64,000 nt of DNA, from the IMG/VR virus record IMGVR_UViG_3300021959_006017, positions 124,001-188,000 of that record, one strand, 5' to 3'. Positions within the stretch are counted from its first letter, which is position 1; each line of letters opens with the position of its first letter. This document shows positions 36,113 to 47,254 of this stretch, in pieces. A program made the translations under genes and the position numbers. The notes beneath the pieces were generated by a model that was given only the letters and a program-made list of their open reading frames with translations, made no database searches and had not been told where the DNA came from.

Positions 36113-37240
36113 ATGGACTTAAAATTTACAACAGCAGGTGATTTCTTGAAGGCACAACAAAAACGCATAGGCTTTGCATGCAAGTACATGCATCCAGATC
36201 AAACACAAAAGAAAAAGTTGCTAGAAGAAATTCAGCGACCACTAAATACTCGCAGTACAACAGTACAGTGGCTGAATCGACAGACACGTGATGTTGCTGA
36301 AGAACGCTTGTGGGATATTATGGTACATAATATCGCAAGCTATGGGAGATTGATTGAGTATGTTGGAAGCCTTCCTGAAGAGTTACGTATGGTACGATTG
36401 GGCTCTGATGTTCTTCCTGTTTATACCGAGCCTACTTGGTGCTATTTTTGGCAGCGTCAAGATGTACGTGCATATGCGGAAAGAGAGTTTGCCAAAGTCG
36501 GAGACACAGCCAGACGCTTGGATGTTAGACTCTCCATGCACCCAGGACAATTTACAGTCCTTGCTTCGGATAATGAGGAAATAGTTGAGAGGAGCATAGA
36601 AGAATTTGAATATCACACCGATGTCTTGCGCTGGATGGGATACGGCCGTACCTTCCAAGACTTTAAATGCAATGTACACATATCGGGTCGAAAAGGTCCA
36701 CAAGGCATCAAAGACGCCCTCAAGAGACTCTCGCCCGAAGCACGAAACACTATCACGATCGAGAACGACGAAAACAAGTGGGGACTTGAACACAGCCTCG
36801 AACTTGCAGACGATGTCGCACTCGTACTTGACATACACCATCACTGGTGCCGTGAAGGAGAATACATTCAACCCACCGACGATAGATTTGCTCGCGTGAT
36901 TGACAGCTGGCGTGGTGTGCGTCCTGTTATTCATTACAGTGTCTCACGTGAAGATTGTTTGGTAAACTTCCCCAAAGGCAAACGTCCTAACATGACAAAT
37001 TTGCTAGAACAAGGATACAAGAAAGCAAAACTACGAGCGCACAGTGATTATATGTGGAATCGTGCAGTCAACAACTGGGCACTTGAATTCCTTGATTATG
37101 CAGATATCATGGTAGAGTCTAAATGTAAGAATCTTGCAAGTATCGAGCTATATAAATACTATACGGAGAGTAAGCACTATGAGTTACCTAAACAAAATGT
37201 ACAGCAGAAAGTCACAGGACCAGACCCAATCATCATCTAA
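36113..37240 (+). CDS. uvsE: UV-damage endonuclease UvsE/UVDE
   Basis: RIGFAC, R..SD..P, RLSMHPGQF.VL.S, IENDE, VLDIHHH, HYS, RAHSD, DIMVE.K.K. Confidence 0.92.
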   Translation: MDLKFTTAGDFLKAQQKRIGFACKYMHPDQTQKKKLLEEIQRPLNTRSTTVQWLNRQTRDVAEERLWDIMVHNIASYGRLIEYVGSLPEELRMVRLGSDVLPVYTEPTWCYFWQRQDVRAYAEREFAKVGDTARRLDVRLSMHPGQFTVLASDNEEIVERSIEEFEYHTDVLRWMGYGRTFQDFKCNVHISGRKGPQGIKDALKRLSPEARNTITIENDENKWGLEHSLELADDVALVLDIHHHWCREGEYIQPTDDRFARVIDSWRGVRPVIHYSVSREDCLVNFPKGKRPNMTNLLEQGYKKAKLRAHSDYMWNRAVNNWALEFLDYADIMVESKCKNLASIELYKYYTESKHYELPKQNVQQKVTGPDPIII

Positions 37241-37445
37241 TAAAAATCCTAATAGAGTATTAGGTGGGTTGCGTGGACAAGGTGCAGACATGATGACTGT
37301 ACTGGGAGAAGACGGTACACAGCATACTATTCCGTCACAAAAATATGTACAAGGCCTAGAAGAAAAGATTCGCACACAAGATGCACGCCTTACTAGACTT
37401 GAACAACAACTAAGGAGAGTAAACCGTGATACAAAAATGGATTAA
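37179..37445 (+). CDS. Hypothetical coiled-coil protein
   Basis: TATAAATA at 37151 inside uvsE, GGAG RBS, ATG at 37179. Confidence 0.55.
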   Translation: MSYLNKMYSRKSQDQTQSSSNKNPNRVLGGLRGQGADMMTVLGEDGTQHTIPSQKYVQGLEEKIRTQDARLTRLEQQLRRVNRDTKMD

Positions 37446-37590
37446 TGCTCGTATTAAAGAACGTACTACACTAGACGGAGTTATTCTAGTAGTAGCAGGA
37501 GTATCCTTTTTAATCTTCAAGCCTATTGCAGCATTAGCAGCATATGCAGCTATTCTGTATGGTGCTTGGACTATTTGGAAAAGCGAATAA
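37426..37590 (+). CDS. 54-aa 2-TM membrane protein (not in ORF track)
   Basis: AAGGAG RBS, GTG start; MIQKWINARIKERTTLDGVILVVAG...LYGAWTIWKSE*. Confidence 0.6.
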   Translation: MIQKWINARIKERTTLDGVILVVAGVSFLIFKPIAALAAYAAILYGAWTIWKSE

Positions 37591-37878
37591 CTATAGTTTA
37601 CCAATAGGAAGGTTTGAACTAGCAGGCATATCCCACATTTGCTTCTTTTCAACACCCTTCTTTTGTGCAAACTTTTTACTATCGCAATCTTTACAAACGT
37701 GGAAGTAGTTATTGGATATCCGTTTAGGATCCATACTTCCACGTTCTCTTATAAACTCTGTACCACAACTATCGCATAGCATCGCTACATAGGTTTTATA
37801 GCGGTAATATGCATGTTCTGTGCCTAGTTTACTAGTACGCACATGCCGGGTTTGCTTTTTAAATTCTTTTAAGAACAT
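37591..37878 (-). CDS. Zinc-binding hypothetical protein
   Basis: CDSC...F.R and C..C motifs; ATG 5 nt after a minus-strand TAAATA. Confidence 0.6.
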   Translation of the reverse strand: MFLKEFKKQTRHVRTSKLGTEHAYYRYKTYVAMLCDSCGTEFIRERGSMDPKRISNNYFHVCKDCDSKKFAQKKGVEKKQMWDMPASSNLPIGKL

Positions 37879-37938
37879 ACATATATTTACATTAAGATTA
37901 TAAAACTGTTCGATAAATACATTGATGAAGGAGCAAAA

Positions 37939-38304
37939 ATGAGCATTTGTACACTTACAGAAGCCGCAAAAACACAAATCAACACTATATGTGAAGAAAA
38001 TGATTGCTTTGCTGTAACACTAAACCTAAAAGGTGGCGGTTGCGCAGGGTTTGAATACGAATGGGGAACTATTGGTAGCCCAACAGAAGTACAACCTAAT
38101 GATATTCATATGCAAACCGGTGGTAGCGGCAACTTTGTAATAGGCGCACATAGCATAATGTTCCTAATGGGCACTGAAATAGATTATAAAAAAGATATTA
38201 TAGGTGCAATGTTTGAGATTAAAAACCCTAACGCACAGTCTAGCTGCGGTTGCGGCGTTAGTGTAAACTTTGATATGGATAAACTAAGCCAGCCAGCGAT
38301 ATAA
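37939..38304 (+). CDS. A-type Fe-S carrier (IscA/SufA/HesB)
   Basis: LT.AA, GGGCAGFEY, GT.IDY, NPNA.SSCGCG.S. Confidence 0.92.
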   Translation: MSICTLTEAAKTQINTICEENDCFAVTLNLKGGGCAGFEYEWGTIGSPTEVQPNDIHMQTGGSGNFVIGAHSIMFLMGTEIDYKKDIIGAMFEIKNPNAQSSCGCGVSVNFDMDKLSQPAI

Positions 38305-38317
38305 TTTGGAGTAAAAT

Positions 38318-41300
38318 ATGGCAAGACAAGATATTGATATTGGTGTATCAGGTAACGACGGAACCGGTGATAGTATTCGTGAATCCTTTCGTAAGGTAAA
38401 CGAAAACTTTCAAGAAATATATGCGGTTTTTGGGATCGGTGGACAGATTAGTTTTACTGATCTAAGTGACACTCCAGACACATATGAAGGTAACGAAAAT
38501 AAAGTTCCTTTAGTTAAGTCAGACGGTAGTGGTCTTAACTTACTTGAACTAGCATCTGACAACAGCCTAGACGGCTCACCTGATACTATTGGATTTGATT
38601 TTAGTGTAGATGGTAAAGTTATTCTTAAACAGCTTGTTTCAAGAGTTGCAAACGATCCGGAACCAACACTAGCTGGTCCACTAGACGCTGCTACACAGCC
38701 TATTGCAAACGTTACAGTTAGTCAAGCAGCAATTGATACTTTTAACTCTGTGCATGGTACAGACTTAACTATTAGTGACCTTGTTATTAACAAGAGTTTT
38801 GCAGACAGAAACTACCAAGAAAAGAAAGTTGCAGGCGGCGGATTACGTCTAGGTGATGAGCCTACAGATACTAGCGAGTATGTATTATCAACTGACTCTA
38901 TAAGTTTAGGAAACCTACAAGTTCCTGGTCATGGATTAAGTGATGCATATATTGGTGCTCCATTTTTCTTTAATAGTACAGGTACTGATCCATTTGGTGT
39001 TACTAGCGGAGGTACATATTACTTAGGTATTCCAGACGGTGACGAACTTTCATTATACGAAAGTGAAGAAGATGCACTTACAGGCACAGGCAGAATACTT
39101 CTAGCCGGTGGCTCAGGAACATTCACTATTACAGACGGTGCATATGACGACGAACTAGAAGGTTTTTGGTTATCAAACGTTGCTGTTCCACGAAAAAGCC
39201 TTGTAAGACGTCAAGGGGACTCAATGACAGGTCCTTTAAATCTATCAGATCATCCAGGCGAACTTGCTGGTAAAGGCTTGCCAAATGGTCCTGATGATTT
39301 ACAAGCAGCAACAAAACTTTATGTAGATAATGCTGCCGCTTCAAGTACAGTTAACTTGTATGTAAGTACAGCAGGTAGCGACAGTCAAGAGTTTACGCCA
39401 GACGGAAAAGAAGGACGTAACCCAGCATATGCATATAGAACTGTTAATGCTGCATGTCAAAAAGCAGAAGAAATAATTTTATCAGCTCCGCCTGAACCAG
39501 GTCCATATCAGCAAACAATGACTTTTGCCAATGGCGAAGACAATGGTACAGTTTTAACATCAGGTATTACTAGCACTATTGTCGGTCGTGCAGCAGCAAG
39601 AGCACTTATTTTAGAAAATAAAGAATGGGTAGCAAAAGAAGTTACCGGTTATATTGATGCTACATATCCAGAGTTTAGTGAAAGTTATGACACTGCTATA
39701 TGCGAAAGAGATGTTCAGCTTATTCTTGAAGCAGTAAGTTTAGATATTTTACTAGGTAATAACGCAAACTATCTATCACGTTACTCAGGACTACAATATT
39801 ATTCTAACGCAAGTGGACAGGTTGCTATTGGTGTTCAAAAAGCATACACTATTGCAGGTATTGAATATGCAAAAACACTAGTTAGAGATTATGTTCTTAC
39901 AAACACAGCACCTCCTACATCATATCAAAGTCGTGTAGAACAGTACATTGAGCCTGCTATTATTCCAGATAGCGCAGCAGACTCAGCTGCTGAAGCAAAG
40001 TTTGACATTGTTATAGATGTTATTAATAATGGTCCTCTTAATGCTCCTAGCATTGTTGACGGTTCAACAACTTATAAAATTAATATCTCTAATGGTAACA
40101 ACGGTTTTATAGATCAAGCTAATCCAGAAAATACAGACATTATTCCAGGTAAAGTTATTAGAGGTAAAAACTCTGGTGCTATTGGACGTATCATTGACTA
40201 CAAGCACGAGTCAGGTGATAGGGCTGTTAGTGTGCCAGAGACGGACGAAACTGAAGTTCAACTTCTTATTCCAAGAGAGTTTGAAGTAGGTGAAGAATTA
40301 GAATATGGAAACTATGTTGTAAGTACACAGATTAGTGTTAGAATCGAAAGCGGTATCTACGAAGAAGATTTACCTATTAGAGTTCCAGCTAACGTGTCTA
40401 TCAAAGGCGACGAGTTTAGACGAGTTATTATACGTCCGAAGGATCGTGTATCGCAATCACGTTGGGCAAATACATTCTTCTATCGTGATGCAGAGTTTGA
40501 TGGACTAGTATTAGGAAAGTCATCAATAGAAACGTTAAACTATGAACCTTCTATTGATCCACTAAGAACCGCAGGTACTTATACTATTTCTAATAATGAT
40601 TATACGTCTAGCGAACTTGGTAAAGATGCTGAGTTTGAAATAACAGTAAGTGCAAGTGGTGCTATTAACGATATTACTATAACAAATGAAGGTCAAGATT
40701 GGCAAGCAGGCGAAGTTATAACTGTTACTGATGCTGTGCTAGGCGGTGGCGGCGGTGCCGAATATGTATTCCGGGTCGCAACAGTACCAAATGGTATTAA
40801 GTACATTAACCCATTAACTGACGAAGTAGATGGTTACTTTGGTTATCATTACTTGCTTAAACCAGATAATGTAAAAAACATAGGCGCTGGTTATACAAAC
40901 GTTGGCAACTGGGATACAGCAGCTTTAGTCTTAGATGATAACAGAGAGTTTATACAAGAACAAGTTGTAAACTATGTAGAAACAACTTATCCTGCACTCA
41001 TCGGTTCTCCAAACTACAGCAGAACAAAATGTTCTCGAGATACAGGACTTATTGTTGATGCACTAGTTAAGGATCTACGCACCGGCGGCAACGAGTTTGC
41101 ACTAGAAGCACAAGGTGAATACTATGCAGGTGCAGTGAAAGCTGGTACAGAAACAGAAACTGTTGCAGGTATAGATCATATCTATACTATTGCAAATAAA
41201 CTTATTCTAGGTGAAGCACCGACTACACTTTATGGTCCAAGTGGAGCATCACCTATACGCCCAGGTAATAGTGGTGAAAACTTAGAATATGATTATGATT

Positions 41301-44300
41301 TATTCAATGGAAGTGCAGAACCCGATGAATGGGTTGCTGATAACGTATATCGTGTTGGTAATGTTGTCTACTATACATTTGCTGGCGTTGACAGATATTA
41401 TCAATGTAAGATCGAAAACCGCTCAGGCAATACTTTTGACTCAGCAGAAATCAATGCTTACTGGAGTGAAATCGACGGTATAGATACTGTTATTGATAAT
41501 CTAATAGATACTATTACTTTTGCATTTGATTCGAACTATAACCCACCGTTGAGAAACGACGAGATGGATGTGTTCTTAATGAATGATGCTACTATCTTAC
41601 GTAACATTACAGGACAAGGACACGGCGGCTTCCAAATGGTGCTTGACCCAGAAGGACAAATTCTAACTAAATCACCATACTGTCAGACTGGTACAGGTTT
41701 TGCAAAGAGTCTTAACAAACAAGTATTCCATGGAGGATTGTTTGTTGACGCATTTGTTGGTAACTCCGCAGTACAAGTTACAGAACGTGTAGATGGAGAT
41801 CCGTTTAGACTTAGAGTACAAAGTTTGGGTAGCCAATCTGATCCTCAAGGATTGTTTGTAAGACGTCCGCAAACACCTTGTGCGTTCTATATAGACGGCA
41901 GACGTTTCCAAGTTAATGCTGTAACACTTTATGATCCAGACTTTGGTACAGCAGAACTTATACTTGATAGAAGTTCTAATGATAGTAATGGATTCCAAGG
42001 TTTAACATCAGAACTTGCAACAGGGGTTGATTTAGATTCAATCGGCGATTTTAGTTTTAATGAAGAAAAATGCGAAAGAGATTCTAACTACATTGTTGAA
42101 GGTGTTGCACTTGACACAGTATTAGGTACTAACTACTTTGCTGTATACAATGGTCTTGCATATCATAGAGGAAATATAGCAGAAGTAGTTATTGATGACC
42201 AGCTTGCACAAACTACAGGTGCTTATGAAGCAGGTAGAGACAGAACACTACTTATTACAGAAGTTGCAGCAGACACTGATGTAGTTAACAGAGTTACAGC
42301 AGCTTATAATGAAGTAAATGATATAATCACTAACGGTCCTACATCTGCAGATGCAGTAACATTTACTGATACTGGTGTTACTGATAAAACCTATGCTAGA
42401 ACACTATTGCAAGCAAACCGAGATTTTATTGCAAGTGAAATCACAGACTTTATTACTGCAAACTATCCAAGTTTAACATACGACAGTGCAAAATGCGAAA
42501 GAGATGTAAAATACATTGTAGACGCTGTAAGTTTTGACATCCAATATCAAACTAACTTAGGTTCTAAACTAGCAGCAAGATCTTATTTTGACGATGGTGT
42601 TGCTGTAAAACCAACAGAACAAAGAGCTCCAACAGTTGCAGCATATCAAGAACTTGCAACTATAATGCAGCAGGTCGTCCAAGAAACATATGCAGGACAA
42701 ACTCTAACAGGTAATCCTGCAACAGCAACAGAAGGACTAGAAGCAGCAGGCTTAGTAGAAGTTATTTATGATGTTATTGATGAAGATTCATTAGTTAACT
42801 TACCTGCAGATATTACACCTGACAACACTTGGACAGATGTAAAGTATATTTCTGCTTATGAAGCTATATTAACTACACAAGCAACTATAGTAAATAAGAT
42901 AATCCAAAGCATAGATGCTCCATTACCTATTACACTACAAACAGCAGGTAACAGATCAATCCTAGGTAACGACTTTACACAGATTAACGACCAAGGATAC
43001 GGACTCGTTGCAGTCAACGGTGCTCTATCAGAAATGGTTAGTATGTTTACATACTATTGCTGGACATCATACTATGCTAAGAATGGTTCAGAGATTAGAT
43101 CACTGACAGGTTCTTCATGTTATGGTGAATACGGGCTTGTTGCTGAAGGTTCAGATCCAAATGAAATTCCAGACAGTGTATTACTTGCACAAGATATGGT
43201 TGAAAGTGCAAGAGTATTTGATGCTGATGTTGTACTTTATCTAACAGATAGGGTTAGACTACAAGCAGGAGATCAAATCGAACAGGTAACTTCTCTAGCA
43301 ACAGGTACGATTGCTGTAACTACAGCAGACTTAGATGATAGTACAGTTGAAGACGGTCCACAGACACCAGGAAGTAAAATAATATATCTAACTGGTGTAG
43401 AAGGAGCGTTTGATACAACAGGAGAACTACAGATTACAGGTCCTATAACAGGAGACTCAACTGTTACTGCACTCGGACCAAACAGTGTCCCTACAGATGT
43501 TGATTCAACAGGTTATGGTAATAACAAAGAAAACTTGTTCTGCTATGCATACGACTTTAAAGTAAATCCATCAAATAGATCAGAGTTTGATGTATATCAT
43601 CCAAGTGTTCCTACTCTTGCTAGATACGAAGCAGCAAGTTCTAACCTTGCAGGTCACACTGTAGGTGAGTACAAAGATGTTGGTGTAGGTGGTAATATTA
43701 CTCCGTTATCGAGCACATTTGCAGACGTAGGTGCTCTTGATGGATTGTTTGACGTACAAAAAACTATTGCTTATGGATATACTGCTACTATTTCAAACGG
43801 TGGCGAGGCATACACTGTAGGTGACCAATGGGTAGTAAGTGGTGCAGACTTAGGAGGTGTATCTCCTGATAATGATTGTACTATTACTGTTACTGAAGTA
43901 GACGAAGGAACTGGCTCAGGGCTTGGTGTTATATCAGAAGTTAGGCTGAGCGGCGATATTTGGCAAGAAACAAGCACTCCTATGTATGACGGTAGAGTTT
44001 TTAAACTTAACTTTAGTACAAGTGATGCACAGTTTAGTACAAGCGGGTTACTTGCAGATGTACCATGGGGTACACTTATCCAATATAGAAGAAACCAAGC
44101 ACATATTATAAGCGACTTAGCAAGACCAGATGTGTTAAGTATTCGTCCATCAACTGCTGTTGTATTTGATGAAAACCCAACACAGATTTATCGTTCAATC
44201 AGCTTCCTAAACAGTGATAGTATAGGAGTTGAACTACCACAAGGTACACTGCAAGCAGGATTTGATGAAGGTTATGATTATATCAGGATGCTTGTTAATA

Positions 44301-47122
44301 CTGCAAAAGCTCAAGAAACTGCACTTGCAGGATTAGGTACAACAAAAGGTAATACACCAGGCGATGTTGTAATAGCTGTTCAAGCAACACTAGATTCAAA
44401 CGAAATATTCCGTCTAAACAACAATGCTAGAACACCCGAAGCAAATAGACCTGTAGGCTGGACTCAATCATCTCTTCAGGAAGCTCCAATCTTTGTGTGG
44501 CAAGGTAAAAAACACTTCGTTTATAATGCTAGAGGTGTAGATGCTACAGATACAATCGTACCAATAGCAGAAGATAACGAATACATTATTGTTGATATTT
44601 CAGATATTGATACTATTAACCAAACAGATGCAACAGGCATTTACTCAACTCTTGTATTAGGTTCGGTTACAACTACATTACGTGCAGGTTTGAGAGCAGG
44701 AGCACCTGGTGATGTTACAGTTAATATCTCAACATGTCGTGCTACATCACATGACTTCCTTGATGTTGGAACTGGAGGTTTTAACGATTCAAACTATCCA
44801 AACGTAATCTTTGGTGAACCTGCAGATAAAAACTCTGCTAATGAAGTCGATGAACGTGGTAAAGGGCGTGTGTTCTATGTAAGTACAGACCAAAACGGTA
44901 TCTTTAGAGTTGGTAGATTCTTTAGCGTTGACCAAGGTACTGGTACAGTTACATTTGCTGCGAGTATTGCGCTGTCAGATGTTGACGGTCTAGGCTTTAA
45001 ACGTGGTGTTGTTGTTACTGAGTTTTCAACTGATACAGCAATGACAGATAACGCTGCTGATACAGTTCCAACAGAACTTGCTGTACGTGGGTACATTAAC
45101 AGACGTTTAGGATATGATGTAAACGGTAATCCTGTTTCCAATAAACTAGGACCAGGTGTGCTTGCTCCAAACGGTGCTGTTCCGATGACAGACGATTTGA
45201 ATGCGGCAGGTAATCAAGTTACAAACTTAGGAACACCTACTTCAGACTCTGATGCAGCAACTAAATCTTATGTAGATGACTTCTTAGGAAATCAAGATGA
45301 GATAAAAGATTTACGTTCAGTAACATATAATAGCGACCAGGTTGTTGAAGGACAACTTCTAGTTAAAACAGAGTATAAAAAACTTATTGTAGATGCAGGA
45401 TCAGTTACAGGCCCAGGAACATTTACAAGAGGACAAAGTATAAGTGGTTCAATAACAGGTGCTACAGGTACTATTGTTGACGTAATAGAAAGACAGGGTG
45501 TAGAAGGTGATATTCTTGAAATTATCTTTACTCCAGTAACAGGAGAGTTTAGTGATGGTAAGCCGATAGGATCATCACCAGATCCAGACGTTATTATTGT
45601 AACTGGTATTTGTCAAGCATTATGTATAGACGGTCCAGTTGATGAATGGGCAAATGGTGTATTTGATGCTGACAGTGATATTACTATAGGTACTAATAGA
45701 GAATCAAGTGATGGATTTGTAAGCGATCGATATACAACACTCAACTTCCAACTAAGCTCTGATAGTATTGTAAACAGTGATATTTCAGCTACAGCAGCTA
45801 TTGCACAAAGTAAGTTGAATATGAATGCTGCATCAACTAGAAATAGCCCTACTGGAATAAGTCAAAGTGATCTAGGCTTAGCAGCATTTGATAGTGATAT
45901 ATTTACTAATACAACTGGTTGGGTGACTATTGAAGACGGACAACTTTCTTTGAATAAGATACAGCGTATTCAAGACGGATATGTATTAGGTAACTGGAGC
46001 GGTGATAGTTCAGATAATGATATCGACGAACTACCATTCAGCACAGTTATCCAAGAAGGTGGCGGGCTTGCAGATGCAGACTTTGAACCAGCAAGTTTAG
46101 TTGCTGTTTCAGCTGATCCAGGAGAAGCATTAATAAAAACAGCTCCGGGAATATATGGTATAACAAACGTAACTAAAACTGGTGAAGTTAATAGTATTGT
46201 TAAAACTGATAATGCTGGTAGTATTCAAGTTAACTCGCTAATACTTGGAGGTGACCCAACTTACGAAATCTTAGGATTGGATACAACAACTATTGTGTTC
46301 AAAACACCTGCACAAGGTGAAATACTAAGAGCAGTAGGTACAACTGGTGCAGTTGCAACAGGCCCTGATGTTGAAATACCAGGATCAGTTAATATTGGAT
46401 CAACTGGTGTTACTGAAAGTACACTTCAAAATACTTCAAACTTTAACGGTGAAGCAAGTTTAGCAGTTGATTGGATATACAGTAGTTTTATTGAAGCAGC
46501 AGGCGAAAAAGGTTCTGCTTCAACAGGTGTTGCAATAGGTGCAAATACTGGTAAAACTGTTGCAGGCGAAGTAGGTATTGTTACAGCAGATACAGCAACA
46601 AGCTCTAGCTTTGTACCGTTTACATTTAGTTCAACAGGTGTATTACCTGATGTTGATGATACTTATGATATCGGTAGTGCAACACTAAAATATAAAGATG
46701 TATACGCTACAAGATTCCGTGGTACTGCTACCGAATCATATTACGCTGACTTGGCAGAAAACTACACAGCTGATGCAGACTATGAGCCAGGTACTGTACT
46801 AGTATTTGGCGGTGATGCAGAAGTTACGGTATGTTCAAGCAAAGGCGATCACAGAGTTGCTGGAGTTGTTACAACTAATCCAGCGCACTTAATGAATGCA
46901 GAACTTGAAGGCGAAAACGTTACTGGCATTGCACTACAAGGTCGTGTGCCTTGTAAGGTAATCGGCACTGTTGTAAAAGGAGATTTGCTTGTGTCAAGTG
47001 CTGTTCCAGGATATGCGATTGTTAATAATAATCCAGCAGTAGGAACAGTAATAGGTAAAGCACTAGAATCTAAAGATACTGACGAACGTGGCATTATTGA
47101 AGTAGTAGTAGGAAAGCACTAA
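38318..47122 (+). CDS. 2934-aa virion structural protein (tail fibre/baseplate-associated) with C-terminal chaperone-like domain
   Basis: N-terminal gp9/gp10-like I.IG..GNDGTGDS.R.F.K.N.NF; repeated Y...KC.RD...IV.A modules; D.ATK.YVD fibre motifs; C-terminal YADLAE.Y......GTV...AL.GRVPCKV.G...KGD.L. Confidence 0.75.
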   Translation: MARQDIDIGVSGNDGTGDSIRESFRKVNENFQEIYAVFGIGGQISFTDLSDTPDTYEGNENKVPLVKSDGSGLNLLELASDNSLDGSPDTIGFDFSVDGKVILKQLVSRVANDPEPTLAGPLDAATQPIANVTVSQAAIDTFNSVHGTDLTISDLVINKSFADRNYQEKKVAGGGLRLGDEPTDTSEYVLSTDSISLGNLQVPGHGLSDAYIGAPFFFNSTGTDPFGVTSGGTYYLGIPDGDELSLYESEEDALTGTGRILLAGGSGTFTITDGAYDDELEGFWLSNVAVPRKSLVRRQGDSMTGPLNLSDHPGELAGKGLPNGPDDLQAATKLYVDNAAASSTVNLYVSTAGSDSQEFTPDGKEGRNPAYAYRTVNAACQKAEEIILSAPPEPGPYQQTMTFANGEDNGTVLTSGITSTIVGRAAARALILENKEWVAKEVTGYIDATYPEFSESYDTAICERDVQLILEAVSLDILLGNNANYLSRYSGLQYYSNASGQVAIGVQKAYTIAGIEYAKTLVRDYVLTNTAPPTSYQSRVEQYIEPAIIPDSAADSAAEAKFDIVIDVINNGPLNAPSIVDGSTTYKINISNGNNGFIDQANPENTDIIPGKVIRGKNSGAIGRIIDYKHESGDRAVSVPETDETEVQLLIPREFEVGEELEYGNYVVSTQISVRIESGIYEEDLPIRVPANVSIKGDEFRRVIIRPKDRVSQSRWANTFFYRDAEFDGLVLGKSSIETLNYEPSIDPLRTAGTYTISNNDYTSSELGKDAEFEITVSASGAINDITITNEGQDWQAGEVITVTDAVLGGGGGAEYVFRVATVPNGIKYINPLTDEVDGYFGYHYLLKPDNVKNIGAGYTNVGNWDTAALVLDDNREFIQEQVVNYVETTYPALIGSPNYSRTKCSRDTGLIVDALVKDLRTGGNEFALEAQGEYYAGAVKAGTETETVAGIDHIYTIANKLILGEAPTTLYGPSGASPIRPGNSGENLEYDYDLFNGSAEPDEWVADNVYRVGNVVYYTFAGVDRYYQCKIENRSGNTFDSAEINAYWSEIDGIDTVIDNLIDTITFAFDSNYNPPLRNDEMDVFLMNDATILRNITGQGHGGFQMVLDPEGQILTKSPYCQTGTGFAKSLNKQVFHGGLFVDAFVGNSAVQVTERVDGDPFRLRVQSLGSQSDPQGLFVRRPQTPCAFYIDGRRFQVNAVTLYDPDFGTAELILDRSSNDSNGFQGLTSELATGVDLDSIGDFSFNEEKCERDSNYIVEGVALDTVLGTNYFAVYNGLAYHRGNIAEVVIDDQLAQTTGAYEAGRDRTLLITEVAADTDVVNRVTAAYNEVNDIITNGPTSADAVTFTDTGVTDKTYARTLLQANRDFIASEITDFITANYPSLTYDSAKCERDVKYIVDAVSFDIQYQTNLGSKLAARSYFDDGVAVKPTEQRAPTVAAYQELATIMQQVVQETYAGQTLTGNPATATEGLEAAGLVEVIYDVIDEDSLVNLPADITPDNTWTDVKYISAYEAILTTQATIVNKIIQSIDAPLPITLQTAGNRSILGNDFTQINDQGYGLVAVNGALSEMVSMFTYYCWTSYYAKNGSEIRSLTGSSCYGEYGLVAEGSDPNEIPDSVLLAQDMVESARVFDADVVLYLTDRVRLQAGDQIEQVTSLATGTIAVTTADLDDSTVEDGPQTPGSKIIYLTGVEGAFDTTGELQITGPITGDSTVTALGPNSVPTDVDSTGYGNNKENLFCYAYDFKVNPSNRSEFDVYHPSVPTLARYEAASSNLAGHTVGEYKDVGVGGNITPLSSTFADVGALDGLFDVQKTIAYGYTATISNGGEAYTVGDQWVVSGADLGGVSPDNDCTITVTEVDEGTGSGLGVISEVRLSGDIWQETSTPMYDGRVFKLNFSTSDAQFSTSGLLADVPWGTLIQYRRNQAHIISDLARPDVLSIRPSTAVVFDENPTQIYRSISFLNSDSIGVELPQGTLQAGFDEGYDYIRMLVNTAKAQETALAGLGTTKGNTPGDVVIAVQATLDSNEIFRLNNNARTPEANRPVGWTQSSLQEAPIFVWQGKKHFVYNARGVDATDTIVPIAEDNEYIIVDISDIDTINQTDATGIYSTLVLGSVTTTLRAGLRAGAPGDVTVNISTCRATSHDFLDVGTGGFNDSNYPNVIFGEPADKNSANEVDERGKGRVFYVSTDQNGIFRVGRFFSVDQGTGTVTFAASIALSDVDGLGFKRGVVVTEFSTDTAMTDNAADTVPTELAVRGYINRRLGYDVNGNPVSNKLGPGVLAPNGAVPMTDDLNAAGNQVTNLGTPTSDSDAATKSYVDDFLGNQDEIKDLRSVTYNSDQVVEGQLLVKTEYKKLIVDAGSVTGPGTFTRGQSISGSITGATGTIVDVIERQGVEGDILEIIFTPVTGEFSDGKPIGSSPDPDVIIVTGICQALCIDGPVDEWANGVFDADSDITIGTNRESSDGFVSDRYTTLNFQLSSDSIVNSDISATAAIAQSKLNMNAASTRNSPTGISQSDLGLAAFDSDIFTNTTGWVTIEDGQLSLNKIQRIQDGYVLGNWSGDSSDNDIDELPFSTVIQEGGGLADADFEPASLVAVSADPGEALIKTAPGIYGITNVTKTGEVNSIVKTDNAGSIQVNSLILGGDPTYEILGLDTTTIVFKTPAQGEILRAVGTTGAVATGPDVEIPGSVNIGSTGVTESTLQNTSNFNGEASLAVDWIYSSFIEAAGEKGSASTGVAIGANTGKTVAGEVGIVTADTATSSSFVPFTFSSTGVLPDVDDTYDIGSATLKYKDVYATRFRGTATESYYADLAENYTADADYEPGTVLVFGGDAEVTVCSSKGDHRVAGVVTTNPAHLMNAELEGENVTGIALQGRVPCKVIGTVVKGDLLVSSAVPGYAIVNNNPAVGTVIGKALESKDTDERGIIEVVVGKH

Positions 47123-47254
47123 TGGATAAACCTAAAGTAGATAAACTAGTTAAGACAAACCAGATGAAAGCTAGTAACGATACAAAAAATCCGCAGGAGC
47201 GTCAAGCGGTCCTGCAAAATAACATTCTTAGAATAAGAGTACAAGGGGCACCAA